Notes under the pieces: generated by a model
Told to the model about the DNA's origin: nothing
Databases searched by the model: none
What the model saw: only the letters and a program-made list of their open reading frames with translations
Shown: positions 30,979-41,073 of the stretch, one piece after another
Numbering within the stretch: the first letter of the stretch is position 1
Layout of the letters: each line of letters opens with the position of its first letter
Made by a program: the position numbers and the translations under genes
From: an uncultured Verrucomicrobiae bacterium
GTDB lineage: Bacteria > Verrucomicrobiota > Verrucomicrobiia > Chthoniobacterales > JAFAMB01
Reading direction: 5' to 3'
DNA: 64,000 nt
Assembly (NCBI GenBank): GCA_963813025.1
Contig: CAWEXO010000013.1
Location: 690,315 to 754,314, forward strand

Positions 30979-33236
30979 ACAACGTCATCGGCAAACCGCA
31001 CGAACGGGTCGACGGCCGTCTAAAGGTGACCGGCGCAGCCCGATATTCCGGGGACAACACGTTCCCGAACCTGGCCTATGGCTATCTCCTGCAAAGCACC
31101 ATCGCCAACGGCACAATTGAGTCGATGGAGACGGGCGCTGCGGAAAATTCTCCGGGTGTCGTCGCTGTCTTTACGCCTTTCCATCCTTTGAAGTTATACA
31201 TGCCGTTGGACCGGACGGAAGGTGGTAACGCCGGAGATGGAGGGCCCGCGTTACAAGACAAAAGGATCGACTACTACGGACAAACGATCGGTTTGGTAGT
31301 AGCCGATTCGTTCGAACAGGCGCGCGATGCCGCCGCTTTGGTGAAAGTCAGTTACGGGCAAAACGAACATGCGGCCTCTTTCGAGGCCGGCATGGCGAAG
31401 GCTTTTGCGCCGGACAAAGTTGACAGCGAAAAGGCGGTGACTGGCGTCCTCGCTCCGGGAGTTAACTCGATCGATGATGCCGTGAACGCCAGTCCGGTAA
31501 CCGTGTCGGCGCGGTACACTCTGCCGATGGAACATCACAATCCGATGGAGCCCCACGCGACGGTCGCGGTCTGGGAAGATAATCGCCTAACGATCTATGA
31601 CGCGACACAATACATGATCGGTCAGCGGCGCAGTCTCGCGGCCGTACTCGGAATCGACGAGGCCGACGTCCGGGTGCTCTGCCCCTTCGTGGGAGGGGCA
31701 TTCGGGTGCAAAGGCTCGATGTGGATGCATTCGCCTCTCACCGCGGCGGCCGCTCGCGCGATCGGGCGTCCGGTGAAGACCGTCCTGACCAGGGAACAGA
31801 TGTACACTTCGGTCGGGCATCGACCCGCGTTGATTCAGGAAATTACTCTCGGCGCCTCTAACGACGGAACGCTGCAGGCCGTCAAGCACGACGCGACGAC
31901 CACGACTTCAGAGTCGAAAGTATTCGTCGAAGCCGCGGCTCATCGAACTTCGCGATTTCTCTATAAGAGTCCGAACATCCAGGTGAGCCATAAACTGGTC
32001 CCGATGAACGTGCCTCCGGGTACTTTCATGCGTGCACCAGGGGATGCTCCTGGCATGTTTGCTTTGGAGTCGGCCATGGACGAGCTCGCGGTGAGGCTCG
32101 GAATGGATCCAATCGAACTGCGGCTCAAGAATTACGCGGAGGTGTATCCGGGACCGAATATCCCCTGGTCTGCTAAGAATTTGCGGGAATGCTATCTGCA
32201 AGGCGCAGAAAAGTTTGGCTGGTCTAAGCGCGCATCCCGTCCAAGGGCCAATCGCGATGGAGACTGGCTCATCGGGCATGGAATGGCAACTTCCCTTTAC
32301 CCCGCGCGTCGATCCCGGAGCTTGGCGAAGGTGCGGCTGCAAGCGGATGGCATGGCGGTTGTTTCCTGTTCGACCCAAGATCTCGGCACCGGCACGTACA
32401 CGGTTCTGGCCATCATCGGAGCGGAATTCCTTGCTCTGCCAATCGAGCAGGTGAAAGCCCAGCTTGGCGATTCGGCTCTTCCCGCGGCGCCGGCCTCCGG
32501 TGGGTCCCAGTCGGTTGCCAGTGTAACGCCCGCGATTAAAGCGGCCGCGGAATCGGCGAAACTAAAATTAATTCAGCTGGCGATCAAAGATAAGAGGTCA
32601 CCTTTCAGCGGTCTGAAACCTGATCAGCTCGCATATGACCGTGGATCGTTAAGCGCAAACGGCCGGTCGATTAAATTCGGCGACCTCTTGACGAAGCTTG
32701 AGCGCGGCGCGGTCGAAGCGACGGAAATGGCTGCCCCTGGCGACGAGGAGAGCAAATACGCTTTTCATTCGTTTGGTTCACAGTTCTGTGAATTGAGAGT
32801 GAACTACTGGACCGGTGAGGTCTGTATCTCCCGGATGACGAGCGTGATGGATATTGGGACCGTTGTGAATGCCACGGCAGCCAGAAGTCAGATTATGGGC
32901 GGCATGGTCTTTGGAATTGGAATGGCTCTTCTGGAGGCAAGTCATCTGGAGGCTGCGACCGGGCGATTCACCAATGCCAACCTCGCGGAATATCTCGTAG
33001 CAACCAATGCAGATGTGCCGGCGATCGATATCCATTTTCTTGATCGGCCCGATTTTGTGTTTAATCCCATCGGGGCGCGCGGAATTGGAGAGATTGGAAT
33101 TACCGGCACTCCGGCGGCGATTGCTAATGCGGTTTTTAACGCGACTGGTATCCGGGTGCGCGATTTTCCGATTCGGCCGGAGCGACTGCTGCAGCCAATG
33201 AGCGAAGGTACGCACATCAGTATGCGCGAGATCTGA
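30975..33236 (+). CDS. Aldehyde oxidoreductase molybdopterin-binding subunit (PaoC/YagR-like)
   Basis: RVDGRLKVTGAARY, HNPMEPH, VGGAFGCKG, MRAPG, QDLGTG, GGSQ, GIGEIG. Confidence 0.94.
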   Translation: MNNVIGKPHERVDGRLKVTGAARYSGDNTFPNLAYGYLLQSTIANGTIESMETGAAENSPGVVAVFTPFHPLKLYMPLDRTEGGNAGDGGPALQDKRIDYYGQTIGLVVADSFEQARDAAALVKVSYGQNEHAASFEAGMAKAFAPDKVDSEKAVTGVLAPGVNSIDDAVNASPVTVSARYTLPMEHHNPMEPHATVAVWEDNRLTIYDATQYMIGQRRSLAAVLGIDEADVRVLCPFVGGAFGCKGSMWMHSPLTAAAARAIGRPVKTVLTREQMYTSVGHRPALIQEITLGASNDGTLQAVKHDATTTTSESKVFVEAAAHRTSRFLYKSPNIQVSHKLVPMNVPPGTFMRAPGDAPGMFALESAMDELAVRLGMDPIELRLKNYAEVYPGPNIPWSAKNLRECYLQGAEKFGWSKRASRPRANRDGDWLIGHGMATSLYPARRSRSLAKVRLQADGMAVVSCSTQDLGTGTYTVLAIIGAEFLALPIEQVKAQLGDSALPAAPASGGSQSVASVTPAIKAAAESAKLKLIQLAIKDKRSPFSGLKPDQLAYDRGSLSANGRSIKFGDLLTKLERGAVEATEMAAPGDEESKYAFHSFGSQFCELRVNYWTGEVCISRMTSVMDIGTVVNATAARSQIMGGMVFGIGMALLEASHLEAATGRFTNANLAEYLVATNADVPAIDIHFLDRPDFVFNPIGARGIGEIGITGTPAAIANAVFNATGIRVRDFPIRPERLLQPMSEGTHISMREI

Positions 33237-33253
33237 AGGGCTGGGGGTGAACC

Positions 33254-33838
33254 ATGCCACGGGTCGGGATTGTCATACTCGCGGCAGGAGGGTCCCAGCG
33301 TCTGGGTCAGCCCAAGCAACTTTTGACGATTGGCCAGGAACCATTGTTGCGCCGGATCACTCGCGCGGCCTGCGCTTCCTCTGCCGATTCGGTATCAGTA
33401 GTGCTCGGATCGTCTGCTGAGGCGTGCCGCCAGGCTTTGACAGATCTGCGCGTGAGCGTGTCGTTGAATCCGGCGTGGAGCACCGGTATGGCTTCATCGC
33501 TCAAGCGCGGAGTTGCCGAAATTGCCTCTCTGGGGTTCGAAGGGGTGCTGATCGTCACGGTCGACCAGGTTGCCCTCACCGCTGCCGTTCTCGAACAGTT
33601 TCTCCAGAGATTCACGGGAGATCCTGATGCTGTAATTGCGGCGCGTTATGATGGCGTCGTTGGTGTGCCTATCCTGTTCGGTCGCCGTTGGTTCGAGCCG
33701 CTCCAATTATTGTCCGGCGATGTGGGAGCACGCGTCCTCGCGCGTTCGGCTCGAAAAGTCGAGATGATCGACTGGCCAGACGGATCGCTGGATATCGATC
33801 GACCAGAAGACCTCGCACGGTTGGCTGCGGTCAGCTAA
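33254..33838 (+). CDS. Molybdenum cofactor cytidylyltransferase (MocA-like)
   Basis: ILAAGGSQRLGQPKQLL, WSTGMASSL, DQV, GDVGAR, DIDRPED. Follows the Mo-enzyme genes. Confidence 0.88.
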   Translation: MPRVGIVILAAGGSQRLGQPKQLLTIGQEPLLRRITRAACASSADSVSVVLGSSAEACRQALTDLRVSVSLNPAWSTGMASSLKRGVAEIASLGFEGVLIVTVDQVALTAAVLEQFLQRFTGDPDAVIAARYDGVVGVPILFGRRWFEPLQLLSGDVGARVLARSARKVEMIDWPDGSLDIDRPEDLARLAAVS

Positions 33839-34348
33839 TCAGATCTCCCTGGGCGTGTCGAACTGCCGATTGATCCAGGGCGACGAGCGCCTTGATTGGC
33901 GGGTCGTCGATCGGCTTGGGATCCCGAAGATTGCCGAAGGAATTTGGCATGAGGCATTTCGCCCGGACCGGGTTTACGGACCTCGATATCCGCGCCGCGC
34001 CTTTTGATGAGTTTGGCCGCGATTGAGAAACACATCGTGCGATATTCATTGGCCTCGTCATCAATCAGGAACAGTTTGCATCCGCGCAGATCCCGTCGGC
34101 CTTTTTTAGGAGCAGGCACTCCGAGGTCACTGAGCATTGATTCAGCATGGATTTGTGCGCGCTTCCAGGACATACGAGTGAGGGGGCAAACAGTAGAAGG
34201 TAGGAAGGCAGAAGTCCAGGAGTTCGGGAGTTGAAGTGGTAAGACACACCGTCTCGTTGCGTCCGCTGCCAGATATGGACGTGGTCGGCGGCAACGATTT
34301 ACTGGTTGGCCGGATCCGAGTTTGTCTTCCCTCTGGACCCGTGAACCC

Positions 34349-35152
34349 TTAGCCGCCGGCCACCGCCTTCCGATACTCCTGGAGTGCGGCAGGCATCAGC
34401 TGTTCGAGCTGGCTGATGCGAGTTTCGTCGGCCGGATGGGTCGACATGAGTTCGGGTGGTTTGCGGCTTTGGCTGGCCTGCATCATCCGGCGCCAGAAGG
34501 CGATCGCTTCACGTGGGTCGTAACCTGCTCTGGCCATATAGCTCAAACCGATCCGATCCGCCTCGAGTTCATGCTGGCGGCTAAATGGGAGCAGGACACC
34601 GTACTGGACCCCGGCTCCAAGTAAACCCAGGAGCTGGCGGCGGGCCTGATAGTCCATATCGGCCGTCGAGCCCTGGATTCCCATCATCGCGATCTGGAGA
34701 GCATGCTGCTGGAAAACGCGCTGCGCGCCGTGCCGCGATGTCGCGTGCGCTATCTCATGGCCGAGAACGGTGGCCAAGCCTGCCTCACTTTGCGCGACTG
34801 GCAAAATGCCCGTGTAGACAACGATTTTTCCACCCGGAAGGCAAAAAGCATTCTGTGCCGGATTTTCGATGACAGCGGCCTGCCACTGGTAGCCCTGGGT
34901 GTTCGTATTAACTACCCGGACGAGACGGCCGGCCACTCTTTGCACCAGATCATAGGCAGGTCCAGAGGTAACCAGACTTGAGTGGCTGACGACATCCTGA
35001 AAGCTTTGTAAACCAAGGCTTTGCTCTTGCTGCGGCGATAGTCCGACGTGGCTGCGCCGGCCCGTCTCCGGGTTCGTAAACGTTGGTGAGCTGAGATAGA
35101 CCCAGCCCAAAGCGATGGCCGCGAAAGCAAGAGGGATCAGTCGGACGCGCAT
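34349..35152 (-). CDS. M48 family zinc metallopeptidase
   Basis: NAFCLPGGKIVVYTG, HEIAH, FSRQHELEAD, STHP..RI. Likely start at ATG 35152. Confidence 0.93.
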   Translation of the reverse strand: MRVRLIPLAFAAIALGWVYLSSPTFTNPETGRRSHVGLSPQQEQSLGLQSFQDVVSHSSLVTSGPAYDLVQRVAGRLVRVVNTNTQGYQWQAAVIENPAQNAFCLPGGKIVVYTGILPVAQSEAGLATVLGHEIAHATSRHGAQRVFQQHALQIAMMGIQGSTADMDYQARRQLLGLLGAGVQYGVLLPFSRQHELEADRIGLSYMARAGYDPREAIAFWRRMMQASQSRKPPELMSTHPADETRISQLEQLMPAALQEYRKAVAGG

Positions 35153-35409
35153 AAGGGCACCGAAAATAATGAATTTCGTGTGCAAGAATGACAATCCCGG
35201 AACGTTCAGACAGAGTCACATTCCTTGAACCCAGCCGGCTGTTTCTACCGCTTGTTTTTTCATTGTGTCAGGCTGCTTTCGATTCGACAGCCTGACGACA
35301 CCCATGGCAGCTGCCGGTGATGGACCAGCGAGTACTGCGTAACAACCTCGAAAATTTCGCCCTAGCGGCACGGGTCCGTGCTCTTTGGTAGCGCGGAACT
35401 TGTCAACTC

Positions 35410-36516
35410 CTAGCCGGCTGGTGCGGCTGCCACTGCGGACTTCACGCCGCTTTTTCTGCGTGAAAACCAGTCAAAGAACCAAGCAGCCAGGAAAACGCTC
35501 GCGAGTTGGGCGCAAACCAGCCAGGTCGAGAGCAAATCAACATCCTGAACCGTGCTCAGCCAGCCCAGCATCAATAATGACAAGCAAATCTCTGTCGAGA
35601 ACACAGGTAACATGTGCTGACCAACCAGGCCCAGTGGGCGCAAAGGGTTGGCCCAGCGTGTGATCATGGGGAGCAGTTTGGAAGCAAACCAGGCCACCAC
35701 GAAGAAGTTCAACACGCGCAACGGACCAAGATGCCATTTGTCGAAAAACCAGAACTCCTTGCCCGGATCGAAATTGAGATAGATCGAAATCCATCGCCAG
35801 ACGAGAAACCCGGTCGCCAGCGCAAGGAGGACTACCTCGGACCAGATGCCGACCCGCAACACGGGGCGTTTTTCCTGAAGCGAACGGCCAAAAATCAGAC
35901 CTCCTATCCAGAGCAACTGCCACGAAAGAATATCGAAAGGTCCAAAATTGACATAGGGAATCCCGCTAATCGTCGAGAGAAGAAAGTCACGCAACCTGAA
36001 CTGCGAGACGACCCAGACCAGCACGCTGGTCAGGAATACCGTTTTCCAGCCCCACTTCTTTGCGGCCCAAAATGCGAGCGGCGTGAGTAAAGAAAAAACA
36101 ATGTACATCGGCAGGATGTCCAGCAAGGGCGGTTGAAAAGCGAGCGCCAAGGAAGCGAAAGTCGCGGTACGCGGGTTCTTCAGGAAAGGATTGAGGATGT
36201 TTTGGATGCCGGGAACCTCAGACAGGAAAAATCCGGCAACGAAGAAAGCAAAAACGATCGTACACAAATGGGCGCGATAGATTCGCATAGCGCGGCCAAC
36301 CGTAGCAGAACGGGCCGCGGCAAACCCCGACCTTTCGGCGCGTCTCTGAAAGAGCAGTCCGGCCAAGAAGGCGGCGACAAAGACAAAACTCTCGGCGGTG
36401 GAAAAGAAACCGATTGGTTGATCAGTCAGCACGCGGAGACGGGAAGGCGAATGGTTGACGACCATGAGCAGCAGCAAAAATCCTCGCAGAATATCAAGCT
36501 CGATCAGTCTATTCAT
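35410..36516 (-). CDS. OpgC-domain membrane protein (glucan-modifying acyltransferase-like)
   Basis: LDILRG, H, AESFVF, DILPMY, WQLL, DKWHLGPLR, GQHMLPVF. Confidence 0.85.
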   Translation of the reverse strand: MNRLIELDILRGFLLLLMVVNHSPSRLRVLTDQPIGFFSTAESFVFVAAFLAGLLFQRRAERSGFAAARSATVGRAMRIYRAHLCTIVFAFFVAGFFLSEVPGIQNILNPFLKNPRTATFASLALAFQPPLLDILPMYIVFSLLTPLAFWAAKKWGWKTVFLTSVLVWVVSQFRLRDFLLSTISGIPYVNFGPFDILSWQLLWIGGLIFGRSLQEKRPVLRVGIWSEVVLLALATGFLVWRWISIYLNFDPGKEFWFFDKWHLGPLRVLNFFVVAWFASKLLPMITRWANPLRPLGLVGQHMLPVFSTEICLSLLMLGWLSTVQDVDLLSTWLVCAQLASVFLAAWFFDWFSRRKSGVKSAVAAAPAG

Positions 36517-36732
36517 TCGATTTTTGCAATCTATAGGGCAATTTCCGTGCCGAGTGTGACGAATACCAACGTTACTCGGTTACACGAGCGGAGTCTTGCA
36601 GACCGTGCAGGATCGACGCGAGGTGAATCGTGCCAAATTCGGTAACGATGTTGGAATTTGCAAGACCGGACATCTGCCCGCAGGAAAGCCCCCATGTGAA
36701 GGTTAAACTGCGAAGTCGTCAAACAGTTTCGG

Positions 36733-37434
36733 TCATCGATGCGCTGTCATCCCATGCGGGAATTCAGTCCGAAGGAAGCCGCCTATGTCTTTCCGCATGA
36801 TCTGATAGCCGGCCGGGCTGAGATGAATCTGGTCGGCTGCAAAGAGCGAGGGATCAGGCTTTTTGTCCACGCCGAGCATGGCTGAACAGACGTCGATGAA
36901 CTCGCAGTCCGGTTTCTTGTCAAGAAAGCTATCTACTAAGTCGTTGAAGCGCAGGATGTTGCTTAAATACTTAAATCGAGCCGGGCTCGGCTTCACCGAG
37001 ACGAAGGCGATCGGCGTCTCAGGCAGATCCGTTCGGAGAAGCGTGAAAAGCCGCTGAAATAAGTCAAAGACCTTCTCCGGCGCCGTCCCCACGGCGAGGT
37101 CATTGTCCCCCGCGTAGATTACCACTGCCGAGGGCTTGAGCGGCAGAACCAGCAAGGGGGCAAACTTGACACAGTCGGTCAAGCGGGAGCCTCCAAAGCC
37201 GCAGTTAAGGACGGTGTAGCCAGGGAAATCTTGTTGGAGCGTTTTCCAGAGGCGAATGGATGAACTGCCATAAAAGATGATTGGATCGCGCGGGCAACCG
37301 CTCAGTTTTGCTTGGAGCGCTTTCACCTCGTTGTCAAAAGCACTGATTGGGGTCGCCTGAGCAACCGCCCGAGCCGTGCTCAGAGCGGCGATGCCAAGTA
37401 CCAAAGAAAGAAATTTTGAGTTGAAGCCGAGCAT
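36733..37434 (-). CDS. Secreted SGNH/GDSL hydrolase
   Basis: Signal peptide. GSSSIRLW, NCGFGGS, YAGDND, DQIH. Confidence 0.9.
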   Translation of the reverse strand: MLGFNSKFLSLVLGIAALSTARAVAQATPISAFDNEVKALQAKLSGCPRDPIIFYGSSSIRLWKTLQQDFPGYTVLNCGFGGSRLTDCVKFAPLLVLPLKPSAVVIYAGDNDLAVGTAPEKVFDLFQRLFTLLRTDLPETPIAFVSVKPSPARFKYLSNILRFNDLVDSFLDKKPDCEFIDVCSAMLGVDKKPDPSLFAADQIHLSPAGYQIMRKDIGGFLRTEFPHGMTAHR

Positions 37435-37616
37435 CGCTAATTGTGTGGGAGAAAGAAGTCCAGCCTACCTTGTCTGCGTCCGCTCTTCAACCCTCTGGTG
37501 TCAGCTATCTTTCGCACCGGCTATCCAGTTCGCGCGCAATTCGGGCAACCGGCGGAATCTTCTGCAACCGCTCCGGGCTTGCCCGTTGCCCGTGTAATAC
37601 TGTAGAACTGACGGGT

Positions 37617-38141
37617 ATGAGCCTTTTCCAAGCGATTCTCGATTCTGTGGAAAACCCAAATCACGCCGGAACCCAACAGGATCTGCACGGCTTGGTGAAC
37701 TTGGCCCAATACCTCCCGGGTGGAGGGAATGCGCAAGCCATTCAGCCGATTCTGTCGGTCCTTGGCTCCCATGTACAGACCGCACTCAGCCAGCAACAAC
37801 AAAACCAGGGCAGCGCCGCAGCCCAACAAACTGTATCCGACCTTTCTCATCCAGGTGTTGGAGTACAGGATCTCGAAAATCTCTTTGGCCAATCAGGCTT
37901 CAATAGCTTGATCGGCGAGCTTTCGCGTCGGACCGGGCTGAACTCGCAACTGATCATGACCTTTCTGCCAATGGCCATACCCGTGGTGATGAAACTGCTG
38001 GCCGCGGGCACTCACCAAACAGATGCCCAGGCGCCCAACCCCGTTCTTAATGGTTTTATTGGATCCAACCAAAATGGGGGTGCCCTCCTGACGGAAGCCT
38101 TCCAATTGGCCTCTCAGTTCCTGGCTCGAAAACCCGCTTGA
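37617..38141 (+). CDS. Hypothetical protein, DUF937/YidB-like
   Basis: MSLFQAIL, SRRTGLNSQ..FLPMAIPVVMKLL, NPVLNGF resemble the DUF937 pattern. Confidence 0.6.
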   Translation: MSLFQAILDSVENPNHAGTQQDLHGLVNLAQYLPGGGNAQAIQPILSVLGSHVQTALSQQQQNQGSAAAQQTVSDLSHPGVGVQDLENLFGQSGFNSLIGELSRRTGLNSQLIMTFLPMAIPVVMKLLAAGTHQTDAQAPNPVLNGFIGSNQNGGALLTEAFQLASQFLARKPA

Positions 38142-38166
38142 GGTCGGCAACTGCCCACGCTCGCTC

Positions 38167-38382
38167 TCAGTGCTCGTGGTGGTGATGTGAATCGTCGTGC
38201 ACGTGTTCGTGCGCATGAGACTTCTCCGGGTGGTGATGCTCGTGCGTGTGTCTTACACGTGGGTCCGCAGGTTCCTCACCTGTTGGGTGCGAATGCTGAT
38301 GGTGAGGATCGTCGTGCGAATGCGGATGGGAATGAGTTTCTTCCGGGTGGGTGTGCGGGTGCGTATGGGATCGTTCGACCAT
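38167..38382 (-). CDS. Small histidine-rich protein (71 aa, 26 His)
   Basis: Repeated HxH motifs, acidic and Pro rich, with varied codon usage (not a DNA tandem repeat). Confidence 0.7.
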   Translation of the reverse strand: MVERSHTHPHTHPEETHSHPHSHDDPHHQHSHPTGEEPADPRVRHTHEHHHPEKSHAHEHVHDDSHHHHEH

Positions 38383-38521
38383 AGCAAAAATTTGTGTCGT
38401 TTGCGCGGGTCCGTCCAACGGGAGTTCAATCCTTCTGATACCTTTGAGTTTGCTCGACGAATTTCGCTGTAACAGATTTTCGGACTAGACTGCAACCAAC
38501 TCGCCGGCTCCTCGAGCGACT

Positions 38522-39583
38522 ATGAACGTACGTTCCGTGCCAGCACATACCGAAGCAACAACGGGAGCAATCGACATCGAAAGCGAGTCCGAGTTATTCC
38601 AATACCTGCGTGCGACCGATCGAATCAACCGCGAGGAAATTCCGGCCGTGCAGATCCTGCGCGGGGGCGTGTCGAACAAAACTGTTCTGGTCACTCGCCC
38701 CAGCGGTGAGCGTTGGGTGTTGAAGCAAGCTTTGCCGAAGTTACGCGTGGCCAGCGATTGGTTCAGCGATCCGGCTCGTATCCACGTAGAGGCGGAAGGC
38801 TTGCGCTACCTTCCCCGAGTGGCGCTTCCCAAGAGCATCCCGACGCTCGTCTTTGAGGATCTCTCACAGCACCTGCTAGCGATGGAGGCCGCACCCGAAC
38901 CTCATCAGAACTGGAAAGAGCAACTGCTCAAGGGAGCGATTGATGCTTCGCTGGTCCGACAGTTTGGAAAACTCTTGTCGACAATTCACGGCAGAAGCTT
39001 TGAACAACGTGACGAACTGGAGAAGGTCTTTCGTGATCGCTCCTTTTTCGAAACGCTACGGCTGGAACCATATTACCTTTTCACGGCCACGGTTGTGCCG
39101 GAAGCGAAGATGTTTTTGGAGCATTTGGTGAATGAGACTCGAGCGCAGAGCCTGACTTTGGTGCACGGCGATTACAGTCCGAAGAATCTTTTGGTCCATG
39201 ATGGCAAATTCATTTTGCTCGATCACGAAGTTGCCCACTTCGGAGATCCGGCCTTCGACTTCGGTTTCAGCTTGACTCACCTGCTGAGCAAAGCCCTGCA
39301 CTTTTTAGAACGGCGATCAGCGTTTTTAGAGGCTGCAGCTCATTATTGGCGGTCCTATCGCCTCGAAGTCGAAACGGCTCCGTGGTTTGCCGGAACCGAG
39401 CAACGTGTGATCCGGCATACCATCGCTTGTGTCCTCGCCCGAGTAGGCGGGCGTTCACCTCTGGAGTATCTCTCCGCGTCCGAACGCAGCCTTCAGCGGT
39501 CTGTCGCTCTGGATCTGATCGAGCAGGTTCCAGCCACAGTGCCTGACCTTATCGCGTCTTTCGGACGCCGCATCGCCTCATGA
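38522..39583 (+). CDS. APH / 5-methylthioribose-kinase-like phosphotransferase
   Basis: GGVSN, WVLKQALPKLRV, LVHGDYSPKN, LLDHEVAHFGDPAFD. Confidence 0.85.
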   Translation: MNVRSVPAHTEATTGAIDIESESELFQYLRATDRINREEIPAVQILRGGVSNKTVLVTRPSGERWVLKQALPKLRVASDWFSDPARIHVEAEGLRYLPRVALPKSIPTLVFEDLSQHLLAMEAAPEPHQNWKEQLLKGAIDASLVRQFGKLLSTIHGRSFEQRDELEKVFRDRSFFETLRLEPYYLFTATVVPEAKMFLEHLVNETRAQSLTLVHGDYSPKNLLVHDGKFILLDHEVAHFGDPAFDFGFSLTHLLSKALHFLERRSAFLEAAAHYWRSYRLEVETAPWFAGTEQRVIRHTIACVLARVGGRSPLEYLSASERSLQRSVALDLIEQVPATVPDLIASFGRRIAS

Positions 39584-40935
39584 CAATCAAAGAACTGGAC
39601 GCCTGGGAAGTTCTCGATAGCCGGGGTCGTCCAACGCTGGCCGCACGGATGATCACCGAGAACGGCGTTGGCGCATCGGTCTCAATTCCTTCGGGTGCTT
39701 CGACTGGACAGGCAGAGGCCAAGGAACTGCGTGACGGCGGTTGTCGTTTCGGGGGATTCGGTTGTCAGCAAGCGGTTGCAAACGTACGAAGCGTCATTTG
39801 CGAGGCATTGGTGGGCCGAGCGTTCGAAGACCAAGAGACTCTGGATCGTCTTCTGATACAACTTGACGGTTCGCCGGATAAATCCCGGCTGGGTGCAAAT
39901 GCCATTTTGGCTGTTTCGCTCGTTTTTGCTCGAACGATGGCAGCGCACCGGCGGATTACCTTGTTCGATCACTTTTCCTCGCTTCTGCCGAATGCTTCAC
40001 TTCGGTTACCGAAATTAACAATCAACCTCTTCAGCGGTGGTATACACGCTTTTGGGCAAGTCGGTATCCAGGACGTGCTGCTGGTTCCCTCGTCTGAGGA
40101 CACCATCGCGGATCAGCTGGCCAAGGCTTATGCAATATACCAAACCGCGGCCGCGATCGCCGCGAAACGTTACCAATCCCGCCCACTGACCGCCGCCGAA
40201 GGCGGCTTGGCCCCGCCTTTCGAGAATAGCGCCATCATGCTCGAAACTGCGGCGGAGGCAATTCAGGCGGCCGGCTTCGAATTAGGGCGGGAGATGTCGC
40301 TGGCGATTGATGTTGCCGCAAGCCATTTCCGAGGACCCACCGGCGATTACCATCTGGATGGGCGGAAGTTGGGTCCGATGGAGATGATCGGAATGTTAAA
40401 AGGATGGAGCAAAGCTTACCGACTCGCTAGCGTCGAAGACGGGCTGGGGGAAGAGGACTGGGCCCATTGGCCGGCTCTTTGCCAGAAGCTCGGTCCGAGG
40501 TCGCTCACGTTGGCCGACGATCTGACCTGCACAAACCCAATCCGAATCAGGCGTGCGATCGAGGCGAGCGCGGCAAATGCGCTCCTGCTGAAAGTGAATC
40601 AAATTGGGACACTTTCTGAAGCGAGGGAAGCCTGTCTGCTCGCCCGTTCCGCCGGTTGGAAAGTGTCCGTAAGCGCTCGGAGCGGTGAAACAGAAGACAC
40701 TTGGCTGGCGGACTTAGCGGTCGGTTGGGCGGGAGATTTTTTGAAAGTTGGCTCGATCACGCAGTCCGAGCGTTTGGCGAAGTACAACCGTTTGATCGAA
40801 ATCGAGCGCGGGTGGGCCAAAGTAGAACCTGGAGTCATTGAACGGCCAAGAAGTCCTGAACAAAATTCAGCGCGCTTGGGAAGCGGCGACCAACCCCACG
40901 GTTACTACAGGTATTTACGAGACACTACACGCTGA
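39580..40935 (+). CDS. Enolase-like protein (divergent phosphopyruvate hydratase paralog)
   Basis: EVLDSRGRPT, PSGASTG, LGANAILAVS, LLKVNQIG, RSGETED, ERLAKYN. Several active-site substitutions. ATGA overlap with the kinase. Confidence 0.88.
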   Translation: MTIKELDAWEVLDSRGRPTLAARMITENGVGASVSIPSGASTGQAEAKELRDGGCRFGGFGCQQAVANVRSVICEALVGRAFEDQETLDRLLIQLDGSPDKSRLGANAILAVSLVFARTMAAHRRITLFDHFSSLLPNASLRLPKLTINLFSGGIHAFGQVGIQDVLLVPSSEDTIADQLAKAYAIYQTAAAIAAKRYQSRPLTAAEGGLAPPFENSAIMLETAAEAIQAAGFELGREMSLAIDVAASHFRGPTGDYHLDGRKLGPMEMIGMLKGWSKAYRLASVEDGLGEEDWAHWPALCQKLGPRSLTLADDLTCTNPIRIRRAIEASAANALLLKVNQIGTLSEAREACLLARSAGWKVSVSARSGETEDTWLADLAVGWAGDFLKVGSITQSERLAKYNRLIEIERGWAKVEPGVIERPRSPEQNSARLGSGDQPHGYYRYLRDTTR

Positions 40936-40981
40936 TTGTGGAACTGTTGATCGCTCCTCGTCGGTTCCTAATTAGCTAACC

Positions 40982-41065
40982 GGAGGGATGGTAGAGCGGT
41001 TATTGCACCGGTCTTGAAAACCGGAGACCCGCAAGGGTCCGTGGGTTCGAATCCCACTCCCTCCG
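40982..41065 (+). tRNA. tRNA-Ser (anticodon TGA)
   Basis: Acceptor stem GGAGGGA/TCCCTCC, anticodon arm CCGGT-CTTGAAA-ACCGG, long variable arm GACCCGCAAGGGTC, T-loop GGTTCGAATCC. No encoded CCA. Confidence 0.95.
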
Positions 41066-41073
41066 CTAGCGCG

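Noticed and set aside
33835..34173. 112-aa minus-strand ORF after mocA
   Set aside because: No recognisable motif. It may be a frameshifted small gene but cannot be supported.
35266..35345. Riboswitch or ribozyme upstream of the M48 peptidase
   Set aside because: A hairpin (GTCAGGCTG/CAGCCTGAC) is present, but no known aptamer or ribozyme consensus could be matched.
39580..40935. Calling this the housekeeping eno
   Set aside because: Multiple conserved-site substitutions and the kinase coupling argue for a paralog, so the gene symbol was withheld.
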